This document shows positions 38,389-51,209 of a stretch of 64,000 nucleotides of DNA, in pieces. A model generated the notes under the pieces. The model saw nothing but the letters and a program-made list of their open reading frames with translations. It did not search any database and was not told the DNA's origin. Source of the stretch: Octopus sinensis (lineage: Eukaryota). The stretch lies in NCBI RefSeq assembly GCF_006345805.1, contig NC_042997.1:174034001-174098000 (forward strand), written 5' to 3'. The position numbers and the translations under genes are program-made. Every line of letters begins with the position of its first letter. Within the stretch, counting starts at the first letter, position 1.

Positions 38389-41135
38389 AAATACTTTTAA
38401 ACAAAGAAACTAACGAAGCTTTACTGTCTTTAAATAGTAACCTAACACGATTCAAAAGGAATAATAACCGAACTAGATCTTAGACCATTTCAAACCCATT
38501 GCTATCTACATTCTGCAATGAAGAATCTTAAAAATATTGGATTTACTTGCAATATCTCTTCTTCTTGCTTACTAATAGAAAAACAACATTCAGTTAAAAC
38601 CAGCCAACGGGAGTGTTTTCTATTTTGTATTTTTTTTTTTTTTTTTTGACAGCCGATCGTCTTGCTTGACTGCGAGAAATATATCTCAAATTTGCCTCAA
38701 ACCACACCTTAGCCTAAAAAAATATGGAAAACATTCAATAATGTAGCCTACAGTGCATCGCCATCGTTTGTGAATGAAATGCAATGATCAGCGCTTTGAT
38801 CGTAGAGTCTGCTAAGTCTGGCTGGTTTGAGTATAAATAACTGCAATAACAAGCTTTCGTTAAAATGCACGGTCAGCAGAAATGCATTTTACTTGAAATA
38901 TTGACGCCGACTGAGCAGAAACGTTTTGCGTTTAATCCACATCGAACCTGACTGTCTATTGTTTCTGAAGGGAGAACAATATTTAATACGGCAGGTCATG
39001 TAGGTCTACTAAAGACATGAATGTCCGAGCTATTTTGCTTTACAATTTCCCTTTTTCTCTGCAGTTCTTGTTCATGTTCTCTCTCCCACTTCTTTCTCTC
39101 TCCCTCTCCTCTTTCTTCCTCCTCCTTTCTCCCTGTCTCTCCTTCCTCATCTCTCTCCGTCTCTCGCTCTCTCTCTTTCTCTTTCTCTTTGGAAATCTTT
39201 TTCCCCCATATCCATCTCGGAGATGCTGTGCTGCTGTGTGTGCTGTTCCACAGAGAGTTTTTACAATAACAAGAGAACATAACCTGGAGCATTATAATTG
39301 CATTATTGCTTTCGCTATATTCATTAATCTAATCACAAACGACTTTCGGTTAAAGAAACCTGATACAAGACCTTAATATATCAATTATCCAATCAAACCT
39401 GAGGAGCACGTATAAAGCTACGTATCACTTTTTCGCTTGAAACCTAAAATCTTCTCAGGCTTCTTTTCTCGCTGAGTCATAAAACTAACGAGATATTTTT
39501 TACTCTCTTTAACTCTTTCATTCCACTCCACACACTCTCTCTCACTCTCTCTCTCTCTTTCTCTATTTTCTTTTCTTTTCGGTGTATTTTTTTGTTAAAT
39601 TTATGTATTTATTATTATTATTCTTTTTAACGATTTTCTCCTCTTTTTATTACGATGCCGGGGAAATAAAGCTCCTTAAAAGTCAGCGTTGTCCAACGAT
39701 GATATAAAATGCAAAATTCATTTAACTATCGCAAAAACGAAAAAGCAAACAAGAAGAATACCAGCACCCACCCACCCACCCACCCATCTACTCATCTGTT
39801 CATATGGATGAGGAGAGAAGATTAAAGAAGATTAATACAAAAATCAACAACAAAATCATTAGCTTCAGAAAGAGACTTTTTCAAGGACACCGTTACCAAA
39901 TATATGATAGTTATTTTTATGGTTCGGCCATGCACCAAATAAAATATATATAACCCGAAGCTATACTGTTCTATAATCAAATAACACAATCATAACAAAA
40001 CAAGAAAAATAAAATTTTAAAAAATAAGCTGGAGGAAGGGAAAAAAGAAAAGAGTTTAAAATAAACTTAATTTCATTGTTGTTTGCGTTTTTTTCCCTAT
40101 ATATTTCTTATCGTCATCAACGGTTCCTTTCATTGTATTCCTGTTGTTTTTGTTGTTAGTTATTGTCACTATTGTCAACGCTGTCGTTAAAATAGAATTA
40201 TTTCGTGGAAGCAAGACAATCAAATAACTCTAAGAATCACAGGTTGTGGCTTCTATATCTCTAGCACCACCAATATGCTAACCTTATATGTAGAAAGCTG
40301 GAAGAACCACCCCACGCCCTATCTGTGCGCTCAAACTGCAAGAAATAGTGGCTAAATCTCTCTCATATAATATCCTGCTGTCTTTTTTTTCTTAACAAAA
40401 GTGTTGAGACATATTAGCTAATGTAGTTTGATGAATATTACGTCTGAAAAGACGTGATGGTTATAGCCTTTGATCTTAAGTTTATTCGATCAGGGTTGAC
40501 TTAAGGTTAAATATGTACAACGAGTTCACATCACAGCCACGTGGATGGTTCCTAGCCTGATTACTGTACGTTGTACGTACTTTAAGCAAGTGTCTTCTAT
40601 CGTGACTTCAGGTGTATCAAAGTCGTGTGTGTTTGCGTATGTGTGTGTGTGTATGTATGTATGTATGTATGCATGCATTTATATATATATATATGTATAC
40701 ATATACAACAACTGGAGCAAAAACACATACAGGAGTGATGTGAAACGCCTCACGCTGAAGAAATCAGAAAGACAACGGTGGTGCTCCAGCATGACACCGT
40801 AGCCGCATGGCTGAAACGAGTAAAAGAATAGAATAATGTGTATGTGTGTGTGTGTGTGTGTGTATGTGTGTGGTGTGTGTGTGTGTGTGTGTGTGGTGTG
40901 TGTGTGTGTGTGTGTGTGTTTAACGACCCTACATATTTGTTTTCGTTCGGTTTCCTTTTATGTTTCCACTGTCTTATTTTTGTTCCCAACTTTGACCCTC
41001 CAAAATTCCAAAATTTTGTTTTGGTACTTATGGGAGCAACTGTCTTCGAAGACTCATATTGTCGCTTTTAACTCGTTTGTTTTTGTATTTCATGTTATTT
41101 CCTGTTGGTGACGTCCTGTACCCATATATGCATGC

Positions 41136-41169
<34 letters not shown>

Positions 41170-44091
41170 CTAAGTAGAATGAAAAAAAATACAGAAGGCT
41201 TGTGTTATATGGTTAAAGAATATATTTATATGGTTAAAGAATATATTTAAATCATTATGTTAGAAAATGTTATAAGATTTTGCGTATATTAACATTGTTT
41301 TGGGAGAAATAACTGGTTTCGTATTTTCCTTTCAAATTTCTCAAACTTCTTTACCTATATTGTGTCATGTCTTCGCTATGTTGTAAAATATGGAGTCCCA
41401 GACATCCCCTCAAAAGGGTTAAAATTCACTCCAACTCCACACAGAGCCAACCAAAATGTAGAAAATTAAGACTCACAGAAGCATTAACCAATTACAATAC
41501 TGAAGATGACTCACTAGTCAAAAACAAAAGTGAACACATCCCCCACATAGGAAGAAATAAAATCTTGATGAATTCTGCAACCACATTGAGAACTTTCCCT
41601 ACGGCACCATGCACAAACAGACAGTTAACTCAAACGTTAGCACTACACAATGGAAGGAACTAACGGAACTTCTTTTTCGAACAACGAAATAAATAAATAG
41701 AGAAACGAGACAGGCAACATATTTGTTTCTTTCATTGTTCGAAAAAAAATGTTCGTTTTCCAGGTTTTTGTTTTTCATGTTCTCGTTTCTCATTTTGTTC
41801 ACGTTTTCTTGACGTCCTGTGCCCATATGTGCATATATAAACCATAATATTTTGAAGTCACTATAAAGTCATTTAATATGTACGTTTCAAGTTTGCATAA
41901 TACATAGTTAGAAATGCATGCTTTCAAAACATGAAGCAATAGGTGGAAATATTTTAATATATATGTTCAGAACAGTAAATCGGCTTCTAAGTTAGGCGGA
42001 TGGATATGAATATAGAAGTGGGAGAAAGAAGTAGTTAAACGCCGAATAATGCGTTAATATTAGGGCCGAAGTAACGTTATATAGGAGTTCTATCGTCCAT
42101 AACAGACGGTTCTCGTCTGCTACGATTTATGGCTGTGCTTTTTTGCACCAAGTGCCGGTATGAGAGGATCTCACAGGGCTAATAACAATCTATTCCGCGT
42201 TCTAACAAGCGATCTACGTTAAGGTGGATAACGGGATTGCCTTTTGATACTAATACAGATTTCGTTGGTAATAATTAATTTTGGTACATTTTGGTTATCT
42301 CACACCCATTAAAAAATGGGTTATCTCCCCACGTTTTATGAGAAATTTCGGTACTTCACGTTTTCTCCCTCAACTAAAAAAATTGTTTAACCCCCAATAA
42401 AAAAAACAGTGAAAAGATGAATCTGATAATTTCTTTATAACAAATCATACAAAACTGAAAAGATTAATAAAGTCGAAAACTGAAAAAATTAAACATCGTA
42501 TTGAATCTGATAACATTTTATAACAAATCATACCATGCCTATTAAGGAGACGAAACGTCAACAATGTGAAATAACCAAAAGGTACCTTAATTTTTAATAA
42601 GCGACATCACTGTCTGGAAAGATGCTGATATTCTATATATCGTGACAGCGAGATCTGTTTGGTATTCTGGTATTCAGTAACCGGATGCCTCCTACTGATG
42701 AGCTCCAAGTAATTGAAATCACTTGATGTGGGAGTTTCGGCATCATTAACAGACATACTCGTTTAGTACAATTTATGTCTGTTCTTTTATGCACATGCAC
42801 TTATATGGCAGGATCTCTCAAGGTCAATAACGCAGTATTAGAATACATATACATATATACAAATATCCACGCATATAAGAAATTATGCGTATGTGTGCGC
42901 TCGCGTGAATATGTGGGTGCATACGTGTGTGGTGTGACAATTTATTAAACTTCAGACTTTGGATACACTGGAATAGTAAGGCAACCTTCTGAGAACCCGA
43001 ATCCCTTTACCAGACTGCGATCATGCCGAAATAGTGTCACGAATGACTGGAACGATCCTATACTGGTCAGTTTTCATTCTGGTCTGGTGCTAAGTTTATT
43101 GAACTCCATTTGTTGAATCGATAATTTACGGGATATGAACGTGGACGACCGCTGAACCAGTGAAAACAGACAGACGGAGACAGAAATACACTTATCTTCA
43201 TATATGCATAGATGAATGCAAACTTATACGCATGCGCATACACACACACACACTCACTCTCCCTCTCTCTTGCATAAAAGTTCACTCATATTGTTATATC
43301 GCAATACTATACAGTGGCTGTGTGAGCTACGAAATCCTAGTAGCCACTGTATTATCGCACGGTCGGATGACCTCTATTCAACTCGACTCTACTCTCTACT
43401 CTGTTCTAGTCTTGACGTCTAGGCTTCTCCCTCTATATCTTCGTATTGGGCTAGCCTACTTCATCGTCTGGGGGCGTCGACACAACACATATATATCTTG
43501 CAGTTATTTCAGTGTAAGACACTTTAACTAAAATTCCGTGTTAAAGCTCAAACAATTGCTGAACAACTGTTACAAACCCTTGTAGAAAGCGCGTCTTCGG
43601 TTCTTTCGGTTCTCTATTACAAAATAACTTAAAAGCTAACCTAAAAGTATACTTTGTGCGGATATATATCTAATTTCGCTTTCGGGTGATGAAACAGCAA
43701 GAAGCGTTACAGACTCGGAAGTAATCGTTTGCTTTCTGGGGTGAATTCTGTCCTTTCATCGTTCTGGAGTCGATAAAAAAAACGACAGTGTTATGCAATG
43801 GAATGATGAAATATTCAGAGTATTGGAAGGGTCGTCTTGTAGTATTTGTTCCGAATACTTGCGTTCTGAGTTCAAACTAATTGGCCAGTTGACAGAAGGT
43901 GAGAAAGTCTTTTACTTTTCGAGCCTGAGCTCTTCAACAGAGAGGAACACGAGAAATAAACAAAGGGACAATAAAATATCTTTAGAGCTAGGTGACAATC
44001 ATGGCTGCTGGCTGGACAACGGTTTACAGAAAAACAAAAGACGAAGACAGGACACAGCTCTAAGCCGAAACTAGAGAGAATATATATATAT

Positions 44092-44175
<84 letters not shown>

Positions 44176-44177
44176 TC

Positions 44178-45175
44178 TGGTTGTGTTACCTATTTTGACC
44201 CTCCGCAATATTCCAAATTTTATATAATATGCTTTGCGGGAGCAACTGTTTTATCGAAAACGTTTATTGTTGTTAAATGCTCGAAATACGAGAGTAGAAA
44301 AACAGCTAACACCTGATGAAGGGTCGATCTTTTTGTTATTTGTTTTGTTTTTCCTTTGTGTCTTTCATTGTTCGAAAGAATAGTTCATGTTCCATGTATT
44401 GTGCTTCGTACTCTTTTGATGTACACGTTTCGTGACGTCCTGTGCCCCCCCCCCCCCATATATATATATATTCGTATAAATGTAAATATGTACATATACG
44501 TATGTATATATGTATATATATATTTAAATACATATACTATTTATATTATTATATGATTGAACGCCACTCATCGCCTTCCAGTAAGTTTTATCTTAATTTT
44601 GATGCACAGTCTATAGATATTTTTTACTCTTTCATTTTCTCTCTTTTTCTCTCTCTTATTCTCTTACCTCCCCTTCTCTCACTATTCTATCCTATTACTC
44701 TGTCACTTTCTCTCCCCACACTCCTCCTCCCTTGCTCACGTCGCTCCCACGGGACTATCGGCCATCTTTCTTTCTCTCCGGTGTAGCTGGAACAAGGAAG
44801 ACGTGTTACTGTTTATCTCCTGTCCAAGCTTGATTTATGCGTTCACCACCACAACCTCGTTTAGGATTAGCAGCCCTTCCTGTTTGTTTTCACTGTCCTG
44901 TTTGTGTTACCAATTTTGACCCTGCACAAAATCCCGAATTTTATTTAATTTGCTTTGTGGGAGCAACTGTTTTATCGAAAGAGTATATTGTTTTTAAATG
45001 CTCAAATTACGAGAGTAGAAAAACAATACCCGATAAAGGGCCGTTCTTTATGTTGTTTGTTTTGTTTTCCATTTGTGTCTTTCGCTGTTTGAAAGAATAG
45101 TTCGTGTTGCATGTAGTGTGGTTCGTACTTTTATATTACACACGTTTCGTGACGTCCTGTGCCCACATATGCATA
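44178..45175 (+). repeat. Two tandem copies of the ~270 bp family X unit (44178-44450, 44895-45175)
   Basis: Alignable end to end (TTTTGACCCT...GGGAGCAACTGTTTTATCGAAA...GACGTCCTGTGCCC). Confidence 0.85.
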
Positions 45176-45196
45176 GAGATGTATGTACATATTGTA

Positions 45197-45300
<104 letters not shown>

Positions 45301-45708
45301 GGCGCAGGAGTGGCTGTGTGGTAAGTAGTTGCTAACCAACCACATGGTTCCGGTTCAGTCCCAGCGTGGGCATTTTGGGCAAGTGTCTTCTGCTATAGCC
45401 TCGGGCCGACCAATGCCTTGTGAGTGGATTTGGTAGACGGAAACTGAAAGAAGCCTGTCGTATATATGTATATATATGTATGGTGTGTGTGTTTGTGTGT
45501 CTGTGTTTGTCCCTAGCATGCTTGACAACCGATGCTGGTGTGTTGCGTCCCGTCACTTAGCGGTTCGGCAAAAAAGAGACCGATAGAATAAGTACTGGGC
45601 TTACAAAGAATAAGTCCCGGGGTCGATTTGCTCGACTAAAGGCGGTGCTCCAGCATGGCCGCAGTCAAATGACTGAAACAAGTAAAAGAGTAAAAGAGTA
45701 AAGAGTAA
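45301..45708 (+). mobile_element. SINE family A, full length, little diverged
   Basis: GGCGCAGGAGTGGCTGTGTGGTAAG head to GTAAAAGA tail. Confidence 0.92.
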
Positions 45709-45776
<68 letters not shown>

Positions 45777-45792
45777 ATAATATGTATGTATA

Positions 45793-46000
45793 TAATATGT
45801 GACAATTATCGGTAACCATGATAGAACCCCGAGTTTCGGATGCCGAGGTGGAAATCCACGCCGTCATCTTTCAGTCATCCGGCCATCAGATTATTCTGAT
45901 TTTTCTGATGCGGATAACTGAAAAGACGCTGCGTGGATTTCCACTTCGACATCCGAAACTACGACTTTTATCATGGCTACCGAATAATTGTCACATATTA
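45793..46000. mobile_element. Palindromic fold-back element (~100 bp arms), TA-bounded
   Basis: TAATATGTGACAATTA...TAATTGTCACATATTA; arms pair across almost the whole length. Confidence 0.85.
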
Positions 46001-46074
46001 CATTTACAGATTAAATTCGTCTATTTACATAATATTGAGGTCTCTTTTATTGTCTTACCGTTTTTATTTTTATC

Positions 46075-46113
<39 letters not shown>

Positions 46114-46159
46114 TATATGATTGAACGCCAATTAGCGTCTTGCAAGTAAGTTTTGTCTG

Positions 46160-46192
<33 letters not shown>

Positions 46193-46226
46193 ATTCTATC
46201 TATCTCTCTCTCTCTCTCTCTCTCTA

Positions 46227-46280
<54 letters not shown>

Positions 46281-46290
46281 CATATATAGT

Positions 46291-46497
46291 TAATCCAAAC
46301 ATGAAAACACAAAGAGAAAACGCAACAACGCAGGACGCGGAACAAGTATAGTGATATTGGACGCTCAGGAAAGGAAAGAAAGAAGGAGGATTTAACGTTT
46401 CGAGCGGTACTCTTTCTCAGAAATATAGGAAAAGGAAAGATCCAAGGAAGGGAAGACGGAGGAAAAAAATCGCCAACGGTACACACGCGGTCACATG
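46291..46497 (-). mobile_element. Short element family H2 with hammerhead-like motif (46390-46424)
   Basis: - strand ATTT-CTGAGAA-A-GAG(TACCG)CTC-GAA-ACGT-T-AAAT; a partial copy lies at about 47978-48060. Confidence 0.6.
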
Positions 46498-46535
46498 TAG
46501 ATGTACATGTAGATGTATATTATATATATATACAA

Positions 46536-46711
46536 AGGGAAAGTTTACGAAAATAAACAAAAGTCGAAGGCAGGTGGAGTACAAACAAATGTATTAGTAT
46601 AGCGCTCAAGAATAGAAATAGTCTTTTACGTTTCGAGCCTACGCTCTTCGACAGAAAGATACACAGAAAAAAACAAGAGAAACAAGGAGAGAAAAATGCG
46701 TGTAGTAGCTA
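46536..46711 (-). mobile_element. Family H1 element with hammerhead-like motif (46622-46659)
   Basis: - strand TCTTT-CTGTCGA-A-GAGC(GTAG)GCTC-GAA-ACGT-A-AAAGA. Confidence 0.75.
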
Positions 46712-46803
46712 TATATATGTGTGTATGTATATACCTATAGTAGTAGTAGTAGTTGCAGTAGTAGTGGCAGCAGCAGCAGTAGCAATAGCAGCAGCAGTAG
46801 TGA

Positions 46804-46837
<34 letters not shown>

Positions 46838-47235
46838 GGTGGTGGTGGTGGTGGTGACGGGGGGTGTTAAGGGTAATGTAAAAATGCTTTCCAAACCGTC
46901 AATCATGGCCTTTCTACAAACATTCCGCTCGTCAAGATCAACACGAGATCACCATATATCAATATCCCCCTCCCCCACATACGCCCATCCTATTTTCTCG
47001 AACCCTAAAATGTCGATTCGCTCTCTCTGTCTCTGTCTGTCCGTTTATGTGTCTGCCTCTGCCTCTCTCTCTCTCTCTCTCTCTCTTTCTCTGTTTCCGT
47101 CGCTCTGTCTTGTGTATTCCCTCCCTCTCTCCTCTCCCGTCGCCATCCCGTCTACACTTCCTAAATATATTTTTGAATATTTTTTGTTTTTTATATGGTA
47201 GGGAGGACATTTCATATTTTAGGCTTTTTTGCCTT

Positions 47236-47242
<7 letters not shown>

Positions 47243-47291
<49 letters not shown>

Positions 47292-47434
47292 TGTGTGTGT
47301 GTGTTTGTTGTGTGTGTGGTGTGTGTGTGTTTGTGTGTGTGTGTGTTTGTGTGTGTGTGTTGTGTGTTGTGTGTGTGTGTTGTTTGTGTGTGTGTGTGTG
47401 TGTGTGTTTGTGTGTGTTGTGTGTGTTTTGTGTG

Positions 47435-47466
<32 letters not shown>

Positions 47467-47552
47467 TGTGTGTGTGTTTTGTGTGCGTGTGTTTGTGTGT
47501 GTGTGTGGTGTGTTTGTGTGTGTGGTTTGTGTGTGTGTTTGTGTGTGTGTGG

Positions 47553-47583
<31 letters not shown>

Positions 47584-47624
47584 TGTTGTGTGTGTGTGTG
47601 TGTTTGGTGTGTGTGTGTGTGTGT

Positions 47625-47675
<51 letters not shown>

Positions 47676-47720
47676 TTGTGTGTGTGTGTTGTGTTTGTGT
47701 GTGTGCGTGTGTGTGTGTGT
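47243..47720. repeat. Interrupted (TG)n array, ~480 bp
   Basis: Read directly; source of the CV/HT-rich ORFs. Confidence 0.95.
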
Positions 47721-47939
47721 TCTGTGCTTGAGCGTGAGTATGTGAGCGTGCGTGTGTACGATGGTGTGTGTCTAACAAAATCATACAATATAATAATATA
47801 TTAATTGAAACAAGTCTATTTCAATGTGTTTATGTACATGTGTACAAATATATCCATGAAACTATGTATATAGATATGTGTGGGTATGTATATATATCTG
47901 TGTGCATGTGTGTCTATATTCGTATATGCATATATATAT

Positions 47940-47981
<42 letters not shown>

Positions 47982-48324
47982 TAATCCAAACGGGAAAACA
48001 GAAAAAACAACAACACGTGGAACAATTAAAGTATTATTATTAGGCGCTCAGGAAAAAGGGGCATGTACCGTTGCTATAATGCAAAAGTGTCTTAAGTCCA
48101 AACCGTTGCTTTTTCAAAAAACGAAAAAGTAGTTTCACCATTCCACAGGAAAACCGTTGAACTACACTTTCACAATTTTGATAACTCGGCATCTGAAGCA
48201 GCTGGGGATGCGATATTTTGACTAAAAGAACCGGCAAGCAAAAGTAAATACTGAAAAAAAAAAAAAAAAACGCATTTGGTCAAATTTGGACATACGACAT
48301 TTTAACATAATAGCAACGATATAT

Positions 48325-48551
48325 ACTCCTTTACGCTTTTACTCCTTTACACGATTCAGACATTTGACTGCGGCCATGGTGGAGCAATACCTTTAGTGGA
48401 AGAAACCGACCCCAAGATTTATTCTTTATAAGACTAGTACTTATTCTATCTGATTCTTTTGCCGAACCGCTATGTTTCGAAGACATAAACAAACCAACAT
48501 CTGTTGTCAAGTGAGGGTGGCGGTCAAACATAGACACTAAGAAACACACTC

Positions 48552-48582
<31 letters not shown>

Positions 48583-48748
48583 CACGACGGGCTTCTTTCA
48601 ATTTCCGTCTACCAAATCCACTCATAAGGCTTTGGTCAGCCCGACTCTATAGTAGATGACTCCTGCTCAAGGTGCCACGTAGTAGGACTGAACCCGGAAC
48701 CATGTGGTTGGGTAGCAAGCTTCTTATCACACAGCCACCCGAACGCCT
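48325..48748 (-). mobile_element. SINE family A
   Basis: Reverse complement of the family A layout. Confidence 0.85.
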
Positions 48749-48763
48749 ATATTTATGTGTATA

Positions 48764-48826
<63 letters not shown>

Positions 48827-48901
48827 ATGTATATATATGTGTATATGCAAACATACACACACACACACACACATGCATATATTTAATTCGTGATGGGGTT
48901 T

Positions 48902-49064
48902 TTTTGCCAAATAAAAACACGCATTATAAATTCGTTCTTCACTCGTTTCTTACTGTTCTTATTCCAACTCGTTCCATTCACAGGACAGTGGACACGAGTT
49001 AGAATAAGAACAGCAATAAACGAGTAAAGAACGAATGTATACTGCGCATGCTTGTTTGGCAAAA
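48902..49064. mobile_element. Fold-back/MITE-like element, copy 2
   Basis: ~70 bp arms (48902-48972 / 48994-49064) with a ~21 nt loop; termini homologous to 929-1184. Confidence 0.7.
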
Positions 49065-49162
49065 GTAAAAGAAATAAACATCCCGAACTAAACAATATCT
49101 GTTTCAACACGAAGGTTTCACATCAGGAATCTTGCAACGCAATTTCATAAATTCTATATATA

Positions 49163-49245
<83 letters not shown>

Positions 49246-49558
49246 TGTCAAACGATGAAAATGAGTGCTCAACACTGCATTGGTTTCATGCTAAGAAAAC
49301 TAGGAAAGAAAGAAACTAGTCTTCATTCAGTACGACGGTCGTTTCTATTCTTCCTGAAACTGTCCTTTCTGGGTAGGATTTTGTGCAGCTAATAGTGCTG
49401 CGTCAATCTTTGCAGTACGTGCAAATATACTTAGACGTCCTGCGCATGTTGTTTGAGACTTCTGTATCTTGGTTATAACATATATATGCATATAAAGAGG
49501 AAAACAATTTGTTTTAAATCTGTAATCGAGAAGTAAGTAGTAACAGTATTACCGAGTA

Positions 49559-49766
49559 AAATATATTTGCTACCGTAAAGTGGCACTCCTGATGTTACTA
49601 GCATTTTAGCCTCAGAGAAACATCTTTTCCAGCTAGCTACCGACGCACAACTGCGTCCTTATACCTCGAAAAAGGGAGCTATTGTCCGCACACAGCCTTA
49701 AACGGTACCTGCGGACAACAACATCGTCCTAATCAGGACTGCCACTTTACGGTGGCAAATAGATTT
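49559..49766. mobile_element. MITE with 34-bp TIRs and internal hairpins
   Basis: AAATATATTTGCTACCGTAAAGTGGCACTCCTGA vs reverse complement AAATCTATTTGCCACCGTAAAGTGGCAGTCCTGA. Confidence 0.8.
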
Positions 49767-49839
49767 CACACACTCTCTCTCTCTCTCTCCCCCTCTCTCG
49801 ATTTCACTCTCCCTCTGTGTATACATATATATATTATAT

Positions 49840-50008
49840 GTGACTGTGTGGTAAGTAGCTAGCTAACGAACCACATGGTTCCGGGTTCAGTCCCACTGCG
49901 TGGCATCTTGGGCAAGTGTCTTCTACTATAGCCTCGAGCCGACCAAACCTTGTGATTGGATTTGTTTGACGGAAACTGAAAGAAGCCCGTCGTATATATG
50001 TATGTATG

Positions 50009-50044
<36 letters not shown>

Positions 50045-50049
50045 GATAT

Positions 50050-50110
<61 letters not shown>

Positions 50111-50111
50111 G

Positions 50112-50187
<76 letters not shown>

Positions 50188-50418
50188 ATATATAAATGTA
50201 TGTGTGCGTATATGTTTGTGTGTCTGTGTTTGTCCCCACAAGATCGCTTGACAACTGATGCTGGTGTGTTTACGTCCCCGTAACTTAGCAGTTCGGCAAA
50301 AGCGACCGATAGAGTAAGTACTAGGCTTACAAAAAATAAGTCCTGGGGTCGATTTGGTCGACTAAAGGCGGTGCTCCAGCGTGGCCACAGTCAAATGACT
50401 GAAATAAGTAAAAGAGTA
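49840..50418 (+). mobile_element. SINE family A with expanded internal (TA)n (~200 bp)
   Basis: Head and tail intact around a long TA array. Confidence 0.88.
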
Positions 50419-51076
50419 TATATATACAAATACACATATATATACGTCCCCACACACATATGCGTAAACATAGATCTAAGTATATATGCATACAATTATA
50501 TGTACACACACATACGTACACACATACGCACAAACACACACATATATATGTATATTAAAATGTTTCCAAGCGCACTTGATCTATGAATACATGGAATTTT
50601 AATAATTTAACATTACACCCTTACTGATAAGAAAAATAATTTGTGAAATGATAAATTGTGATTGAAATTTCAAAATTAATTAAATTTGGAATGTAGTGCT
50701 GAATGATTCGGATCTTTGACAGCAAAATGAAAATTCCAAAAATGTTTCGGTCTTATTTGACCATATCAGTAAGGCATAGTCCAATAATAGCTGTATATAT
50801 ATATATATATATATAAGGTTTTTTGTGAATGAATAGTAAGTGGCATATTTAATTAATTTCAAGAGAGATGATACACTGAGTGGTTCTTATCACCTGGATA
50901 TAAATTATATCAGAAATAAGGTACCTATTAAGGAAATGTGACCACTGCTCAGCCGAATTTGATAGTTTTTAGCACAGGAAGTTAGATATGATAAGAAATA
51001 ACAGGGAAGTTTCTTTCACTGTAGCTGGTCAGCACATAGATTTTAGAGACGCAGACAGACAAGCAGAGACAGAGAG

Positions 51077-51126
<50 letters not shown>

Positions 51127-51209
51127 GAAGAAAGAAATAGAAGAATTGTTCCCACTACAGGAGTGGAACATTATTGGACTTTGCAAAAATAAAATGTTAT
51201 GTTGGCATA

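Noticed and set aside
47047-47804. Longest ORFs in the track (178-232 aa, Cys/Val- or His/Thr-rich)
   Set aside because: They are translations of an interrupted (TG)n array, open in several frames on both strands.
49320-49365. GAAACGACCGTC on - strand (stem III plus GUC)
   Set aside because: No CUGANGA core or stem II upstream.
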